This document shows, one piece after another, positions 16,864 to 28,290 of a DNA stretch of 64,000 bases. The DNA is from Bacteroidales bacterium (GTDB lineage: Bacteria > Bacteroidota > Bacteroidia > Bacteroidales > UBA10428). Position 1 is the stretch's first letter. The number at the start of each line of letters is the position of its first letter. The stretch lies in NCBI GenBank assembly GCA_035258345.1, contig DATEVU010000180.1:1912-65911 (forward strand), given 5' to 3'. The notes under the pieces were generated by a model. That model did no database searches. It worked only from the letters and a program-made list of their open reading frames with translations, and was not told the DNA's origin. The position numbers and the translations under genes are program-made.

Positions 16864-18810
16864 ATGATTGATAAAACTACCATTGACAGGATATTTGCCG
16901 CAGCTGATATTGTTGATGTTATCGGGGAATTTGTCAGTCTTAAGAAAACGGGCCAGAATTACCGTGGATTAAGTCCGTTCAAAAATGAAAAAACACCTTC
17001 CTTTTTTGTCAGTCCGGCCAAGGGGATCTTTAAATGTTTCAGCACCGGAATCGGTGGCAGTGCCGTAACTTTTTTAATGGAGCATGAAAAGATCACCTAT
17101 CCCGAAGCGCTTCATTATCTCGCCAGGAAGTACAATATCGAAATTGTAGAGAAAGAAGAATCCGCCCAGGAAATACAACAAAAAAATGAGCGTGAAAGCT
17201 TACTGGCTGTAAATCAGTTCGCCTGTCAGTATTTTATGGATGTACTGCACAGTGTCGAAGGCAGGGCTATCGGTATGAGCTACTTTATCGAAAGAGGTTT
17301 CCGCGAAGACACAATCCGCAAGTTTCAGCTCGGTTATGCCAGGGAGGAAAAGAATGCATTTACAAGGACAGCAGAGGATAAAGGCTATAAAACTGATTAT
17401 CTGGTAAAAACAGGCCTTACCCTGCAACGTGACAATTATTCCTATGACCGGTTTCACGGAAGGGTAATGTTCCCTATTCATGGCCTGACCGGACAAATTC
17501 TGGGTTTTGGAGGCCGTATCATGAAATCCGATGAAAAATCGGCAAAATATATTAATTCCCCTGAATCGGAAGTATATCATAAAAGCGACATACTCTACGG
17601 GCTTTATTTCGCCAGACAGGCAATCCTTAAAAACGACAAGTGTTATCTTGTTGAAGGTTATACCGATGTGATTTCAATGCATCAGGCCGGTGTGGAAAAT
17701 GTAGTTTCATCTTCGGGCACGTCGCTCACCATAAACCAGATCAGGCTGATAAAACGTTTTTCACATAACATTACCATTTTGTACGATGGTGATGAGGCGG
17801 GAATTAAAGCTTCCTTGCGGGGAATTGACCTGTTGCTTGAAGAAGGCCTGAATGTCAGGGTGGTTTTGCTGCCTGACGGAGAAGATCCCGATTCCTTTGC
17901 CCGGAAAAATAATGCCAACGCCTTCACAGGATTCATCCTGACCAATGAGTCTGATTTCATCTCATTCAAAACCAACCTGCTTGTTAAGGAAGCCGAAACC
18001 GATCCGATAAAAAAGGCTAACCTGGTCACCGAGATAATCAAAACCATTTCGGTGATCCCGGAAAGCATTGTAAGATCGGTATATATCCGCGAATGCAGCA
18101 GGCTCCTGGACGTTGATGAAAAGGTGTTGTATGCCGAAACTGCCCGGCTGCGCAGGAGCAATACCGATCAGAAAATCAAACACCAGACGGGCAGGGATTA
18201 TTTCCAGCCTCCTGTTCAGGTATCTCCGGTGAAATTTGAATTGCTGCCTGATCAATACATTGCGGAAAAGGAGGTCATCAGGCTGTTGCTGCTGCATGGC
18301 AATAAGCCCTTGTCCCTCCGGGAAGACGAAAAAGGTACCCCGCCCATGACGGTTACTGATTATATTCTCCACGAAATTGAACAGGATGAGCTTGAATTTC
18401 ACCATCCGGTATTTAACCAGATTCTATCTGAAATTGTAAGTATGCGGGTTCAGCATGAAGTCGATACACAGAATTACTTCGTTCGCCTTCCCGACGAAAT
18501 GGTTTCTAAAACCGTTGTTGACCTGATCACCTCGGCATATGATCTCAGCAAAATATGGAAAAAACATGAGAATTACTTTGAAACCGAAGATATGAGGCTG
18601 AAAGAGATTGTCCCTGAAGCCATACTGGCACTGAAGAACGAAAAGGTCCTTAAACTCATCAAGGAAACCGAAGCCGATATGAGGTATGCCCAGGAACAGC
18701 ATAATGATGAACGGATCCATACACTGCAGGTGAAATATATGGTACTGAATAATCTTAAAATGAATTTATCCAGGGGACTGGGTGACAGAATAATTATTAC
18801 ACCTGCATGA
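16864..18810 (+). CDS. dnaG: DNA primase
   Basis: IVDVIGEFVSLKKTGQNYRGLSPFKNEKTPSFFVSPAKGIFKCFSTGIGG, a TOPRIM block (YLVEGYTDVISMHQAG...ILYDGDEAG) and a 648-aa length. Confidence 0.9.
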   Translation: MIDKTTIDRIFAAADIVDVIGEFVSLKKTGQNYRGLSPFKNEKTPSFFVSPAKGIFKCFSTGIGGSAVTFLMEHEKITYPEALHYLARKYNIEIVEKEESAQEIQQKNERESLLAVNQFACQYFMDVLHSVEGRAIGMSYFIERGFREDTIRKFQLGYAREEKNAFTRTAEDKGYKTDYLVKTGLTLQRDNYSYDRFHGRVMFPIHGLTGQILGFGGRIMKSDEKSAKYINSPESEVYHKSDILYGLYFARQAILKNDKCYLVEGYTDVISMHQAGVENVVSSSGTSLTINQIRLIKRFSHNITILYDGDEAGIKASLRGIDLLLEEGLNVRVVLLPDGEDPDSFARKNNANAFTGFILTNESDFISFKTNLLVKEAETDPIKKANLVTEIIKTISVIPESIVRSVYIRECSRLLDVDEKVLYAETARLRRSNTDQKIKHQTGRDYFQPPVQVSPVKFELLPDQYIAEKEVIRLLLLHGNKPLSLREDEKGTPPMTVTDYILHEIEQDELEFHHPVFNQILSEIVSMRVQHEVDTQNYFVRLPDEMVSKTVVDLITSAYDLSKIWKKHENYFETEDMRLKEIVPEAILALKNEKVLKLIKETEADMRYAQEQHNDERIHTLQVKYMVLNNLKMNLSRGLGDRIIITPA

Positions 18811-19208
18811 CCCGGAGACCTATGAAATTGCAAAATGCTATGCTAGTATTCTGGAAAACTGCTGTGGTAACCATTTTCATACTGGTCTTATGCCTTATCC
18901 CCGCCAACAGTTTGCAAAAAATTGATCTGTTACAGGTCAGCTACGAAGACCTCGCGGCTCACTTTATCATGTTCCTGGGATTTTCCTTTGTCTTCTACCG
19001 CGAATTGACAACCTATGCCCGCAATACCGGAAAACCGGTCCGGGTTTTATCAGTTTCAATTGCGGTAAGCCTTATGCTCGGATTTGGCACCGAAATGCTT
19101 CAACATATGCTGGTACAACTAAACCGTTCGGCAAACCTGGGGGATTTTCTGTTTGATTCGCTCGGAATTGCAGCAGGTATTACAGCGGCAAAATTTATAA
19201 AGCGATGA
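18807..19208 (+). CDS. VanZ-like membrane protein
   Basis: Four hydrophobic helices, AHFIMFLGFSFVFY...GFGTEMLQ...ANLGDFLFDSLG. The start overlaps the dnaG stop (ATGA). Confidence 0.6.
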   Translation: MTRRPMKLQNAMLVFWKTAVVTIFILVLCLIPANSLQKIDLLQVSYEDLAAHFIMFLGFSFVFYRELTTYARNTGKPVRVLSVSIAVSLMLGFGTEMLQHMLVQLNRSANLGDFLFDSLGIAAGITAAKFIKR

Positions 19209-19629
19209 TCCTGTCCTGTGAATGGATATCCTGCGCCAGCTTTCCTACCGTAAGCTCCATAAAAAGTCTTCTGATCTCCTCCCTGATCGGCTCATACCGG
19301 GCATGAACAGGGCAGGGTATGCCTTCTTCGTTACAGGAGCGCATGGAAATCAGACACTTGTCAAATATATCATTACCGTCAATTATGGTAACTATTTCGT
19401 GCAGGGTAATTTTCCCCGGATCCCTGGAAAGTCCGAATCCACCGTTAGGTCCCTTGGTGGAAGAAAGAAGCTTGTGCCTGGCCAGAACCTGTAAGATCTT
19501 GGCCAGGAATGGTGAAGGAATATTAAGATCTCCGGAAACTTTTTTAATGCCAATTTTTAAATCTCCCGAAGCATTAAGGGAAAGATAAATCATTGCCCTG
19601 ATTGCATATTTACTGGTATTGGATAACAT
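19195..19629 (-). CDS. Rrf2-family transcriptional regulator (three-Cys, possibly Fe-S type)
   Basis: MLSNTSKYAIRAMIYLS...IPSPFLAKILQVLARHKLLSSTKGPNGGFGL. Cys cluster CLISMRSCNEEGIPC. Confidence 0.85.
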   Translation of the reverse strand: MLSNTSKYAIRAMIYLSLNASGDLKIGIKKVSGDLNIPSPFLAKILQVLARHKLLSSTKGPNGGFGLSRDPGKITLHEIVTIIDGNDIFDKCLISMRSCNEEGIPCPVHARYEPIREEIRRLFMELTVGKLAQDIHSQDRIIAL

Positions 19630-19636
19630 GGTATGT

Positions 19637-20065
19637 TTATATGGGTATCTTGCTTATTCGCCTTTCATGTCTTCCTCCTTCAAAAGAAGCCCGAAAAAAA
19701 ATGTCCACGATCTCACAGGCCTGTTCAAAGGAAATAAACCTGGCTGGTAAAGCGCATATATTTGCATTATTATGGCAGCGTGCGAGTTCAGCAATCTCAG
19801 CATTCCAACAAAGTGCCGAACGTATTTCCGGATGTTTATTCGCCGTCATGTTAATGCCGTTTCCGCTGCCGCAAAGTGAAATCCCGAATTCGGATTTGTT
19901 TTCTGCAATGTGCGCGGCCAAAATATGCCCAAAGTCCGGATAATCTGAAGCTTCCGATGAAAAGGCCCCGAGGTCGGTGATTTCATTTCCCTTTTCTTTC
20001 AAAAATTCAAGTAACTTTACCTTCAGATCAAAACCGGCATGATCGCAGGCCATTGCTATCTTCAT
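19637..20065 (-). CDS. rpiB: ribose-5-phosphate isomerase B
   Basis: MKIAMACDHAGFDLK...LCGSGNGINMTANKH...ARCHNNANICALPARF. Confidence 0.9.
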   Translation of the reverse strand: MKIAMACDHAGFDLKVKLLEFLKEKGNEITDLGAFSSEASDYPDFGHILAAHIAENKSEFGISLCGSGNGINMTANKHPEIRSALCWNAEIAELARCHNNANICALPARFISFEQACEIVDIFFRASFEGGRHERRISKIPI

Positions 20066-20520
20066 AAACAGTAAATTATTTCATTAATTAACAAATATAA
20101 TTAAATTGGTACTGAAATGCCAAAGTCTTCGATAAAAAGAATTGAATATCCGTTATTCAGCATTGTTAACCCGTTGTTAAAAAACGACTCAAAAATGGTG
20201 ACTAATTCATCAGTATGGCAGGATTTTTGTCAATTATTTCAATTATAACCAAAATCCAAAAATTTATGAATATTTTTCTTATGATTTTAAACAATTGTCA
20301 AACACTATGCATACAGGAAAAATCTCAGTATTTTTGTACATAATTAGTTATGAACCGATGGTTGATAATTGAAAAATACGCTAATTTACAGGATGTAACT
20401 GTTAGACGTCGTTGTTATTTATTGTTAATAAACTTTTGATAAGATAAAAATCAAGTATCGGGGAAGATTTTTTTTAACACAATTAACAAGATATTATTAT
20501 CATCATGTTTTTATAGGATT

Positions 20521-21525
20521 ATGATTAAAACTAATTATAATAATGAATTGTTGAAAAACGGTTTTTTGGACATAAACACCAGTGAAAATACCGATTTTGT
20601 CGCGGAAATTAATAAGCTGCGCAAGGAAAAGAATGCAGTGATCCTTGCACATTATTACCAGGAGGGAAAGATTCAGGATATAGCTGATTTTATAGGTGAT
20701 AGTCTTTACCTTTCACAACAGGCAGCTAAAACACAGGCTGATATGATCGTATTTTGCGGAGTTCATTTTATGGCTGAGACTGCAAAGATATTATCACCCA
20801 CAAAAAAGGTGCTTTTACCTGATCTAAAGGCAGGTTGTTCCCTTGCTGATTCATGCAACAGAGATGATTTCAGTGATTTCCTTAAGAAGTATCCGGGATA
20901 CAAAGTGATAAGTTATATTAATACAACTGCTGATATAAAAGCCATGTCAGATGTTATATGCACTTCATCAAATGCAGTTCAGATTGTTAAAAGCATACCA
21001 GAAAACGAGAATATTATTTTTGCACCCGACAGAAATCTGGGGAATTATATAGAAGGTCTCACGGGAAGAAAAATGGTGATATGGGACGGGGCGTGTCATG
21101 TTCATGAGGAATTTTCACTGGAGAAAATTCTGTTATTAAAAGAACGGCACCCTAAAGCAAAGATCATTGCTCATCCCGAATGTATAAAACCCATACTTAT
21201 AGTTGCCGATTTTATTGGTTCCACAGCCGGATTACTCAAATTTACATCGCGTGATGATGCCAGGGAATATATCGTTGCAACTGAATCGGGTATAATCCAT
21301 CAAATGAAAAAGGCAAATCCGGATAAAGTTTTTTTACCTGCTCCACCCAAGGATTCTACTTGTGGATGCAGTGACTGCAATTTTATGAAGCTCAACACGA
21401 TAAAGAAACTGTATACCTGCATGAAATATGAAATGCCTGAAATTCAGGTTGAGGAACAATTGAGGTTGAAAGCTGAATTTTCGATCCGGAGAATGCTTGA
21501 AATATCAGAGAAACTAGGAATTTAA
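20521..21525 (+). CDS. nadA: quinolinate synthase
   Basis: [25 protein letters not shown]...[16 protein letters not shown]...ACHVHEEF...[10 protein letters not shown]. Confidence 0.9.
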   Translation: MIKTNYNNELLKNGFLDINTSENTDFVAEINKLRKEKNAVILAHYYQEGKIQDIADFIGDSLYLSQQAAKTQADMIVFCGVHFMAETAKILSPTKKVLLPDLKAGCSLADSCNRDDFSDFLKKYPGYKVISYINTTADIKAMSDVICTSSNAVQIVKSIPENENIIFAPDRNLGNYIEGLTGRKMVIWDGACHVHEEFSLEKILLLKERHPKAKIIAHPECIKPILIVADFIGSTAGLLKFTSRDDAREYIVATESGIIHQMKKANPDKVFLPAPPKDSTCGCSDCNFMKLNTIKKLYTCMKYEMPEIQVEEQLRLKAEFSIRRMLEISEKLGI

Positions 21526-21528
21526 CCT

Positions 21529-23097
21529 ATGAAATCAAGGTATTTATTAATGCTGGTTTTATGCCTTGGACATGCTGGATATATGGCTGGTCAGGAGGCT
21601 GTTTCGAAGGACGGGTATACCAAAATATTATATCCGAATGGAAAAATTTCAAGTGAGGGATTCATGCGAAACGGCAATCCGGATGGATACTGGAAAACGT
21701 ATTTCCCTACGGGGATGCTTAAATCGGAGGGCAACCGGAAAAACCATATGCTTGACAGTATCTGGTTGTTTTATAACGAATCCGGCGACACGTTGCAGAA
21801 GGTAAGTTATGTTATGGGGAAAAGAAACGGGTATGTTATAGGATACAACGTCCGGGATGTTGCAGATCCGATTGACAAGGGTAAGGTTGTTTCACGGGAA
21901 TTGTATGTTAATGACAGGAAAGAGGGACGATCATTTTATTATTATGATAGCGGACGGCTGCAGGAAGAAGTAGAATTTGCAGCGAATAAAAGGAATGGCA
22001 TTTCGAAGGAATTCGATAACGAGGGGATGCTGATCACGATACAGCGATATAACAACGGCGTCCTGGTTGAAAGAGATAGAATAAACCGGGTTGACAACGC
22101 CGGGCTAAAACAAGGAGTTTGGCGGACTTTTTATGAGAACGGAAGAATTATGTCAGAGGGCAACTATAAGGAGAATGTTTTGAATGGTCCCTATAAGGAA
22201 TACGACGAAAACGGCAATTTAAAGGTCATGTTCCAGTATGCGCAGGGTGTTATGCTTGAAGAAGCGGATACCTCTGAGCTGGATATCGAAATCAGGAACG
22301 AGTATGACAATGAGGGTAATGTGGTTTATTCGGGAAGCTACCGGAAGGACATACCTGTTGGTATTCACAGGGTTTTGGACAAAAGCGGAAAAGTAATAAA
22401 CGGCTACCTTTATTCGGATGCCGGGGTCCGGCTTGGTGAAGGGATTATCACAAACGACGGGAAGAAAGAAGGAGATTGGAAGTATTTTTATGAGAATGGC
22501 AGGACAAGATCGTCGGGGAAATATGCGAATAACCTGGAGGCAGGTACCTGGAAATACTTTTTTGAGAATGGAAAAGCCGAGCAGGAAGGCATTTTTAAAA
22601 ATGGTAAAGTGGATGGACTCTGGCAATGGTATTATATGACCGGTGGAATAAAACGAGAGGAGGAATATTTTGAGGGTAGGGAAGAAGGCATTTATGTCGA
22701 ATATGACACATTGGGCGAAGTGATAACGAAAGGAACCTATTTTGACGGGCAGCGTGAAGGTGAGTGGTATTACAAAGTGGGTGATTACAGCGAAATAGGA
22801 AAGTATATCGGGGATCTTAAGGATGGAAAATGGCAGGCTTTTTATAGCGATAGTAAATTGAAATATGAGGGAACTTTCATTCAGGGCAATCCGGACGAGG
22901 AGCATATCTATTACTACAATAACGGGAAGATAAAGGAAATCGCCTATTTTGTTATGGGCATTGCTGTAAAAAACTGGAGAAAATATGACGAGAACGGAAA
23001 CCTCCTGTTAACCATTACTTACAGGGACAATAAGGAATACCGGATTAATGGCCAGAAAATCGAATTTGAACAGGACGACATACGCCTGATACAATAA
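21529..23097 (+). CDS. secreted MORN-repeat-variant (YwqK-family) repeat protein
   Basis: Signal peptide, then about 15 repeats of the G-x-W-x-x-[YF]-[YF]-x-[NS]-G type, e.g. [48 protein letters not shown]. Confidence 0.75.
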   Translation: MKSRYLLMLVLCLGHAGYMAGQEAVSKDGYTKILYPNGKISSEGFMRNGNPDGYWKTYFPTGMLKSEGNRKNHMLDSIWLFYNESGDTLQKVSYVMGKRNGYVIGYNVRDVADPIDKGKVVSRELYVNDRKEGRSFYYYDSGRLQEEVEFAANKRNGISKEFDNEGMLITIQRYNNGVLVERDRINRVDNAGLKQGVWRTFYENGRIMSEGNYKENVLNGPYKEYDENGNLKVMFQYAQGVMLEEADTSELDIEIRNEYDNEGNVVYSGSYRKDIPVGIHRVLDKSGKVINGYLYSDAGVRLGEGIITNDGKKEGDWKYFYENGRTRSSGKYANNLEAGTWKYFFENGKAEQEGIFKNGKVDGLWQWYYMTGGIKREEEYFEGREEGIYVEYDTLGEVITKGTYFDGQREGEWYYKVGDYSEIGKYIGDLKDGKWQAFYSDSKLKYEGTFIQGNPDEEHIYYYNNGKIKEIAYFVMGIAVKNWRKYDENGNLLLTITYRDNKEYRINGQKIEFEQDDIRLIQ

Positions 23098-23107
23098 ATT
23101 AGCGGGC

Positions 23108-24130
23108 ATGGATAAAGAGTGGGATATAAGAAATAAAAGCTATACGGCAGAAGAGATTGAAATCGATCAGACTATTAGGCCCAGACGGTTTAATGATTTT
23201 AACGGACAGGAAAAGCTTGTAGGGAACCTGAAGGTATTTGTTGAAGCTGCAAAAATGCGTGAAGAGGCGCTTGATCATGTGATACTTTCGGGTCCGCCAG
23301 GTCTGGGTAAAACTACCCTTGCGAATATCATATGCAATGAACTTGATAGTAATATAAAAGTCACTTCCGGACCTGTACTTGAGAAAACCGGTGATCTTGC
23401 AGGTATTTTAACCAACCTGGAAAAACACGATGTTCTTTTTATCGATGAAATTCACCGGCTGAATGCCACTGTCGAAGAGTTTCTATATTCTGCCATGGAA
23501 GATTTTAAAATTGATCTGATCATTGACAAAGGCCCTGGGGCACGTTCGGTACAGCTCAATTTGAATCCTTTTACGCTTATCGGAGCAACCACCAGGGCAG
23601 GGTTGCTTACAAGCCCCCTTCGTGCGCGGTTTGGAATAAATTTGCATCTTGAATATTACGATTGTACTGTTTTGGAAAGAATTATAAAACGTTCAGCCCG
23701 GTTGCTTAAAATTGAAATTAATGAAGAAGCTGCATTCGAAATAGCTTCGAGATCAAGGGGTACGCCCAGGATCGCGAACGCGTTATTACGCCGCGTACGT
23801 GATTTTGCCCAGGTACGTAACATGAAAATGATTGATGTTCCTGTAACTGAATTCTCCCTGGAAGCTTTGAATATCGACAAAAAGGGACTGGATGAAATGG
23901 ATAATAAGATATTGCTTATCATAATTGAAAAGTTTGGCGGAGGACCGGTGGGACTCAATACAATTGCTACAGCGGTTAGTGAGGATCCGGGCACTATTGA
24001 AGAAGTTTATGAACCGTTCCTGATAAAAGAAGGCTTCATTAAGCGTACTCCGAGAGGCCGGGAAGCTACGGACATTGCCTATTCGCATTTCGGAAAAAGC
24101 CGGTTCGGTGATTATGCACTGCAGTTTTAA
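23108..24130 (+). CDS. ruvB: Holliday junction branch-migration helicase RuvB
   Basis: [13 protein letters not shown]...[13 protein letters not shown]...[10 protein letters not shown]...[18 protein letters not shown]. Confidence 0.95.
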   Translation: MDKEWDIRNKSYTAEEIEIDQTIRPRRFNDFNGQEKLVGNLKVFVEAAKMREEALDHVILSGPPGLGKTTLANIICNELDSNIKVTSGPVLEKTGDLAGILTNLEKHDVLFIDEIHRLNATVEEFLYSAMEDFKIDLIIDKGPGARSVQLNLNPFTLIGATTRAGLLTSPLRARFGINLHLEYYDCTVLERIIKRSARLLKIEINEEAAFEIASRSRGTPRIANALLRRVRDFAQVRNMKMIDVPVTEFSLEALNIDKKGLDEMDNKILLIIIEKFGGGPVGLNTIATAVSEDPGTIEEVYEPFLIKEGFIKRTPRGREATDIAYSHFGKSRFGDYALQF

Positions 24131-24148
24131 CGGGAATGTTGCATCCTT

Positions 24149-25165
24149 TTAGTAGGCAGCTTTAAACTGGCTCAAAAAACGAACATCATTTTCAAAGTAT
24201 AACCGAAGATCATTGATTTGATATTTTAGCATGGCTATTCGTTCCAGTCCCATGCCGAATGCAAATCCCGTATAAATTTTGCTGTCGATGGAGGAAGATT
24301 CCAGTACTTCGGGATCAACCATTCCACAACCCAATATTTCGAGGTATCCGGTGTATTTGCAGACATTGCAGCCTGATCCTCCGCAAATGGTGCAGGATAC
24401 ATCCATTTCAGCCGAAGGTTCGGTAAAGGGAAAAAACGAAGGCCTGAGCCTGATCTGGGTTTTTTCTCCGAACAACTCCCGTGCAAAAAACATCAGGGTT
24501 TGTTTGAGATCAGCAAACGATACATTTTTATCGATGTAAAGCCCTTCGAGCTGATGAAAAATACAATGTGCGCGGGCTGAAATGGCTTCGTTCCGGAATA
24601 CCCTGCCCGGAAAAACTTTCCGGATCGGGGGATGCCCGGTTTCCATCACACGCACCTGTACAGAAGAAGTGTGTGTACGCAACAATATATCAGGATTTTT
24701 TTCGATGAAAAATGTATCCTGCATATCCCGCGCCGGATGTTCAAGCGGGAAATTAAGCCCCGAAAATACATGCCAGTCGTCTTCGATTTCCGGTCCTTCA
24801 GCAACTGCAAATCCTATGCGAGAAAAAATTGAAACAAGTTCCTTACGGATAAGTGAAACGGGATGACGGCTGCCCAGGGGTATAGATTCGGGGGATAAGG
24901 TTATGTCGCCCTGGAAAGATTGAACAGTTTCAGAAAAAATGCTTTTGTGGGAGTCAAACTTCTCTGTTACCAGGTTCTTGAATTCATTAAGCTTTAAGCC
25001 GGTAACTTTTTTATCCGGGGAAGGTACGTCCTTAAAAGCTTCAAACAACCTTGATAACAGACCTTTTTTACCGAGGTATTGTATACGGAATTCTTCAAGT
25101 TCTGATGGCGTGCTGATCTTTAATTGCTTTAATTCAATTTCAAGCTGCTCTATCTGCTGTAGCAT
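24149..25165 (-). CDS. pheS: phenylalanine--tRNA ligase alpha subunit
   Basis: HPARDMQDTFF...LRTHTSSVQVR...GRVFRNE...FHQLEGL...FPFTEPSAE...GFAFGMGLERIAML. Confidence 0.95.
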   Translation of the reverse strand: MLQQIEQLEIELKQLKISTPSELEEFRIQYLGKKGLLSRLFEAFKDVPSPDKKVTGLKLNEFKNLVTEKFDSHKSIFSETVQSFQGDITLSPESIPLGSRHPVSLIRKELVSIFSRIGFAVAEGPEIEDDWHVFSGLNFPLEHPARDMQDTFFIEKNPDILLRTHTSSVQVRVMETGHPPIRKVFPGRVFRNEAISARAHCIFHQLEGLYIDKNVSFADLKQTLMFFARELFGEKTQIRLRPSFFPFTEPSAEMDVSCTICGGSGCNVCKYTGYLEILGCGMVDPEVLESSSIDSKIYTGFAFGMGLERIAMLKYQINDLRLYFENDVRFLSQFKAAY

Positions 25166-25181
25166 GGAAAAAGTATTAGTA

Positions 25182-25853
25182 TTAGTCAGTTACAGTTGCC
25201 TTGATGATTTTAATATCACTGACGGGTCTGTTGCGCTGGTCAGCCGGTGAAAGGGAAATTGCTGTTACTATGTCCAGTCCCTCTACAACCTCGCCGAACA
25301 CCGTATAGGCGTTGTCAAGATGCGGAGTGCCACCCAGGGTGGTATAGACGGTCCTTTGTTCAGGAGTAAAAACGGGATGGCGCCCTGATCTTTCAAGCGC
25401 GTCAAGCTGACCCTGGCTTAGAACGGTGCCTTCCACGATATAAAACTGCGATCCGGAAGATTCCTGCCTGGGATTTACCTCATCCGATTTACGTGCAGCA
25501 GCTACTGCTCCTTTTTTGTGGTATAAGGCGGGTACAAATTCTGCGGGCAGCGTATAGGAAGGGCCTCCGTCACCCAGCGCCTGGCCGGACTTGGCTGTTT
25601 TAGAATTGGGATCCCCAGCCTGTACCATGAAATCGGGTATCACGCGGTGAAATAGTACGCGGTCGTAGTAACCCTGCTTAACAAGTTTAAGAAAATTATC
25701 CTTATGCAGTGGGGTTTCATCGTATAACCTTATTTTAACATTTCCTGCAGTCGTTTGCAGGAGAACCGTAGATTGTGAATTCGCCATGGTGCTGATAATA
25801 ATGGATATTGTTAGGGTTAATGAGCATTTCAACAGTGAATATGTTTTTTTCAT
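25182..25853 (-). CDS. secreted cyclophilin-type peptidyl-prolyl isomerase
   Basis: Signal peptide, then FHRVIPDFMVQAGDP...GSQFYIV...LDNAYTVFGEVVEGLD. Confidence 0.9.
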   Translation of the reverse strand: MKKTYSLLKCSLTLTISIIISTMANSQSTVLLQTTAGNVKIRLYDETPLHKDNFLKLVKQGYYDRVLFHRVIPDFMVQAGDPNSKTAKSGQALGDGGPSYTLPAEFVPALYHKKGAVAAARKSDEVNPRQESSGSQFYIVEGTVLSQGQLDALERSGRHPVFTPEQRTVYTTLGGTPHLDNAYTVFGEVVEGLDIVTAISLSPADQRNRPVSDIKIIKATVTD

Positions 25854-25940
25854 GAATAGTTGATTTTAAAATATATTTACGTTTAAATAATCGGGTGAAA
25901 TTAATAAAATTTAAGTTTGGTTTTTAACCAGGGCTAATTT

Positions 25941-26789
25941 ATGAAGGTTGTTATTGCAGGTGGAAGTGGTTTTATAGGAAGGAATCTGACAACTTTTCTT
26001 GAAGCCAAAGGAATTGAAACAATTGCATTGAACCGTATTGACTTTGAGGAAAACAGGCTTCAGGAAAGAATTGAAGGTTGTGACGTACTGGTCAATCTGG
26101 TTGGTTCATCAATTGCCGGACTCTGGACAGAAAAGAGAAAGAGGGCGATCTACAACAGCAGGATTGCAACTACCGGTGCACTTGTAAAATCGGTAAATAA
26201 TTGCGTTAAGCCTGTTAAAACCTTTATTCATGTTTCTGCGGTTGGTTTGTATAATAACGAGGGTATACACGATGAGCACAGTGAACGGCTGGCCGATAAT
26301 TTTCTGAGGAGGGTTATCGTTGATTGGGAGAAAGTATTGCATGAACTCGATGGAAAGCATAGCAGATTGATCGTTTTACGGTTGGGTGCTGTATTGGGAA
26401 GTAATGGCGGAATTCTTTCAAAATTAAAGTTGTTGCGCTATCTGGGTTTGGGTTTCGGTATACGCAGCGAAGATGGTTTCGCCTTTATTCATATAAGGGA
26501 TTTACTCAGGATATTTGATTTTCTAATTGATAATAATAAAATGATGGGTATTTTTAATGGAGTTGCCCCGGAAATATCTACCATCAGCAATTTTTACAGG
26601 CAGATATCCAGGGTATATAAACATAGATTCACCTTACTGGTCAATGCCAGATTTGTTAAATTTATTTTGGGTGGAAGTGCTGTAATGGTTACCAAGGGTC
26701 AAAGAGTTGTACCTTTACGATTAAAACAGGAAGGATTTGTTTTCGAATTTCCTGATTTGCAAATTTCTTTGTTTAATCTGCTGCATTAA
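25941..26789 (+). CDS. TIGR01777-family NAD-binding epimerase-like protein
   Basis: MKVVIAGGSGFIGRNL Rossmann start, with a DUF1731-like tail. At 282 aa it is slightly short for the family. Confidence 0.7.
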   Translation: MKVVIAGGSGFIGRNLTTFLEAKGIETIALNRIDFEENRLQERIEGCDVLVNLVGSSIAGLWTEKRKRAIYNSRIATTGALVKSVNNCVKPVKTFIHVSAVGLYNNEGIHDEHSERLADNFLRRVIVDWEKVLHELDGKHSRLIVLRLGAVLGSNGGILSKLKLLRYLGLGFGIRSEDGFAFIHIRDLLRIFDFLIDNNKMMGIFNGVAPEISTISNFYRQISRVYKHRFTLLVNARFVKFILGGSAVMVTKGQRVVPLRLKQEGFVFEFPDLQISLFNLLH

Positions 26790-26802
26790 AACTGATATTG
26801 TA

Positions 26803-28290
26803 TTGAATCCCTATAAGAAACTCGGAGGTCAGGCAATTGTTTATGGTTTGGGAAATATTGTACCCAGGATCTTAAATTATGCCATTCTCACTGTTTATTT
26901 CACACGGAGATTTTCTGTGGAGGAGTATGGTGTTATTACCGAGTTATACGCTTACGTTGCCATTCTGATGGTTATTTTGACCTACGGTATGGAAACGGGA
27001 CTTTTTAAATTTTCGGGTGAGGAGACAAAAAAAAACAATGTTTTCTCAACAGCCTTTGTTTCTGTGGCCCTGACTTCTGTTCTTTTTGTATTGGTCGTGA
27101 TCGGTTTACGTTCCGTTATAGCTAGCGGGATTGGATATACCGGCAATCCGGAGTATATCGTTTACCTGGGTACCATTTTAGGGATCGATGCTGTTTCTGC
27201 GATTGTATTCGCAAAACTGCGGATTGAAAATAAGGTCAGACGGTTTGCTGTACTTAAGATCATCAATGTCATTGTAACCATTTTCTTTGTGTTGCTTTTT
27301 CTCGAAGGTTTTCCCCGGTTGCCGTTTATTACCGGAAGTTCCTTTTACAGTATTTATCTTAAGGATATCGGGGTAGGTTATGTTTTTATTTCAAATCTTC
27401 TGGCAAGTATTGTTGTGTTGCTTTTATTGATTGGTGATATCCGAAAATACCGGGCTTTTGTTAAGGGGTCTGTATTGCTGGAATTACTCATTTATTCTGT
27501 TCCGTTGCTTGTTTCGGGTTTGGCAGGAATGTTTAATGAAACGATTGACAGGATCCTGATAAGAAATTTTTCGGCCGATGGTATTAATCCCTTGTATGAG
27601 TTGGGCATATACGGAGCCAATTACCGTATCGCTGTCCTAATGACTATCTTTGTACAAATGTTCAGGTATGCTGCTGAACCTTTTTTTTTCAACCAGTTTA
27701 AGCAAAAGGATGCCAGACTTATTTATGCCAATGTGCTTAAATACTTTACCATATTTATGATGGTAATTTTTCTTGTGGTTTCCGTGATGATCGATGTATT
27801 TAAATATTTTATAGATGTTCGGTTTCACGAGGGGCTGCAAATTGTTCCCATTGTGTTGATGGCTAATGTTCTTACCGGAATGTTGTTTAATGTCAATATG
27901 TGGTACAAGCTTACGGGAAATACCATGTATGGGGTATACATTACTGGCACCGGTGCATTAATTACTGTGGTATTGAATATACTTTTTATACCGGTTTATG
28001 GTTATATTGCCTGTGCATGGATACATTTGCTTAGTAATTTTTTAATGTTGGCGATTACTTATTTTTACGGACAGAAAATATATAAAATTCCGTATGATAT
28101 GAAAAGTATTTTGTTGTATGTTGCTCTTGGACTGGTTTTTTATGCGATATGGTATGTGCTGAAGTCGGAAAATATTTTACTGAACCTTGCTGGGGGTGTT
28201 TTAGTTGTGACCGTATTTATTTTATTCAGTGAAAGAAGGGAAAAGTTGATTTCAATATTTTTAATGAAGCATGAAAGTAAAAATTCTTAG
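26803..28290 (+). CDS. polysaccharide/oligosaccharide flippase (MOP/Wzx-like)
   Basis: About 14 predicted TM helices, starting (M)[34 protein letters not shown]. The TTG at 26803 is chosen because it follows the upstream stop. The track ORF begins at TTG 26737. Confidence 0.7.
   Translation: MNPYKKLGGQAIVYGLGNIVPRILNYAILTVYFTRRFSVEEYGVITELYAYVAILMVILTYGMETGLFKFSGEETKKNNVFSTAFVSVALTSVLFVLVVIGLRSVIASGIGYTGNPEYIVYLGTILGIDAVSAIVFAKLRIENKVRRFAVLKIINVIVTIFFVLLFLEGFPRLPFITGSSFYSIYLKDIGVGYVFISNLLASIVVLLLLIGDIRKYRAFVKGSVLLELLIYSVPLLVSGLAGMFNETIDRILIRNFSADGINPLYELGIYGANYRIAVLMTIFVQMFRYAAEPFFFNQFKQKDARLIYANVLKYFTIFMMVIFLVVSVMIDVFKYFIDVRFHEGLQIVPIVLMANVLTGMLFNVNMWYKLTGNTMYGVYITGTGALITVVLNILFIPVYGYIACAWIHLLSNFLMLAITYFYGQKIYKIPYDMKSILLYVALGLVFYAIWYVLKSENILLNLAGGVLVVTVFILFSERREKLISIFLMKHESKNS

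Noticed and set aside
20066-20520. NAD+ riboswitch (nadA motif) upstream of nadA
   Set aside because: I could not find the tandem conserved stem/bulge elements I associate with that motif. As far as I know it is restricted to another phylum. This region is kept only as a generic long-spacer observation.
21529-23097. 'YwqK-family antitoxin' as part of a toxin-antitoxin or defence module
   Set aside because: The protein is a 522-aa signal-peptide-bearing MORN-repeat protein. It lies between nadA and ruvB with no toxin-like partner. The antitoxin label attached to this repeat family is not supported by the context here.
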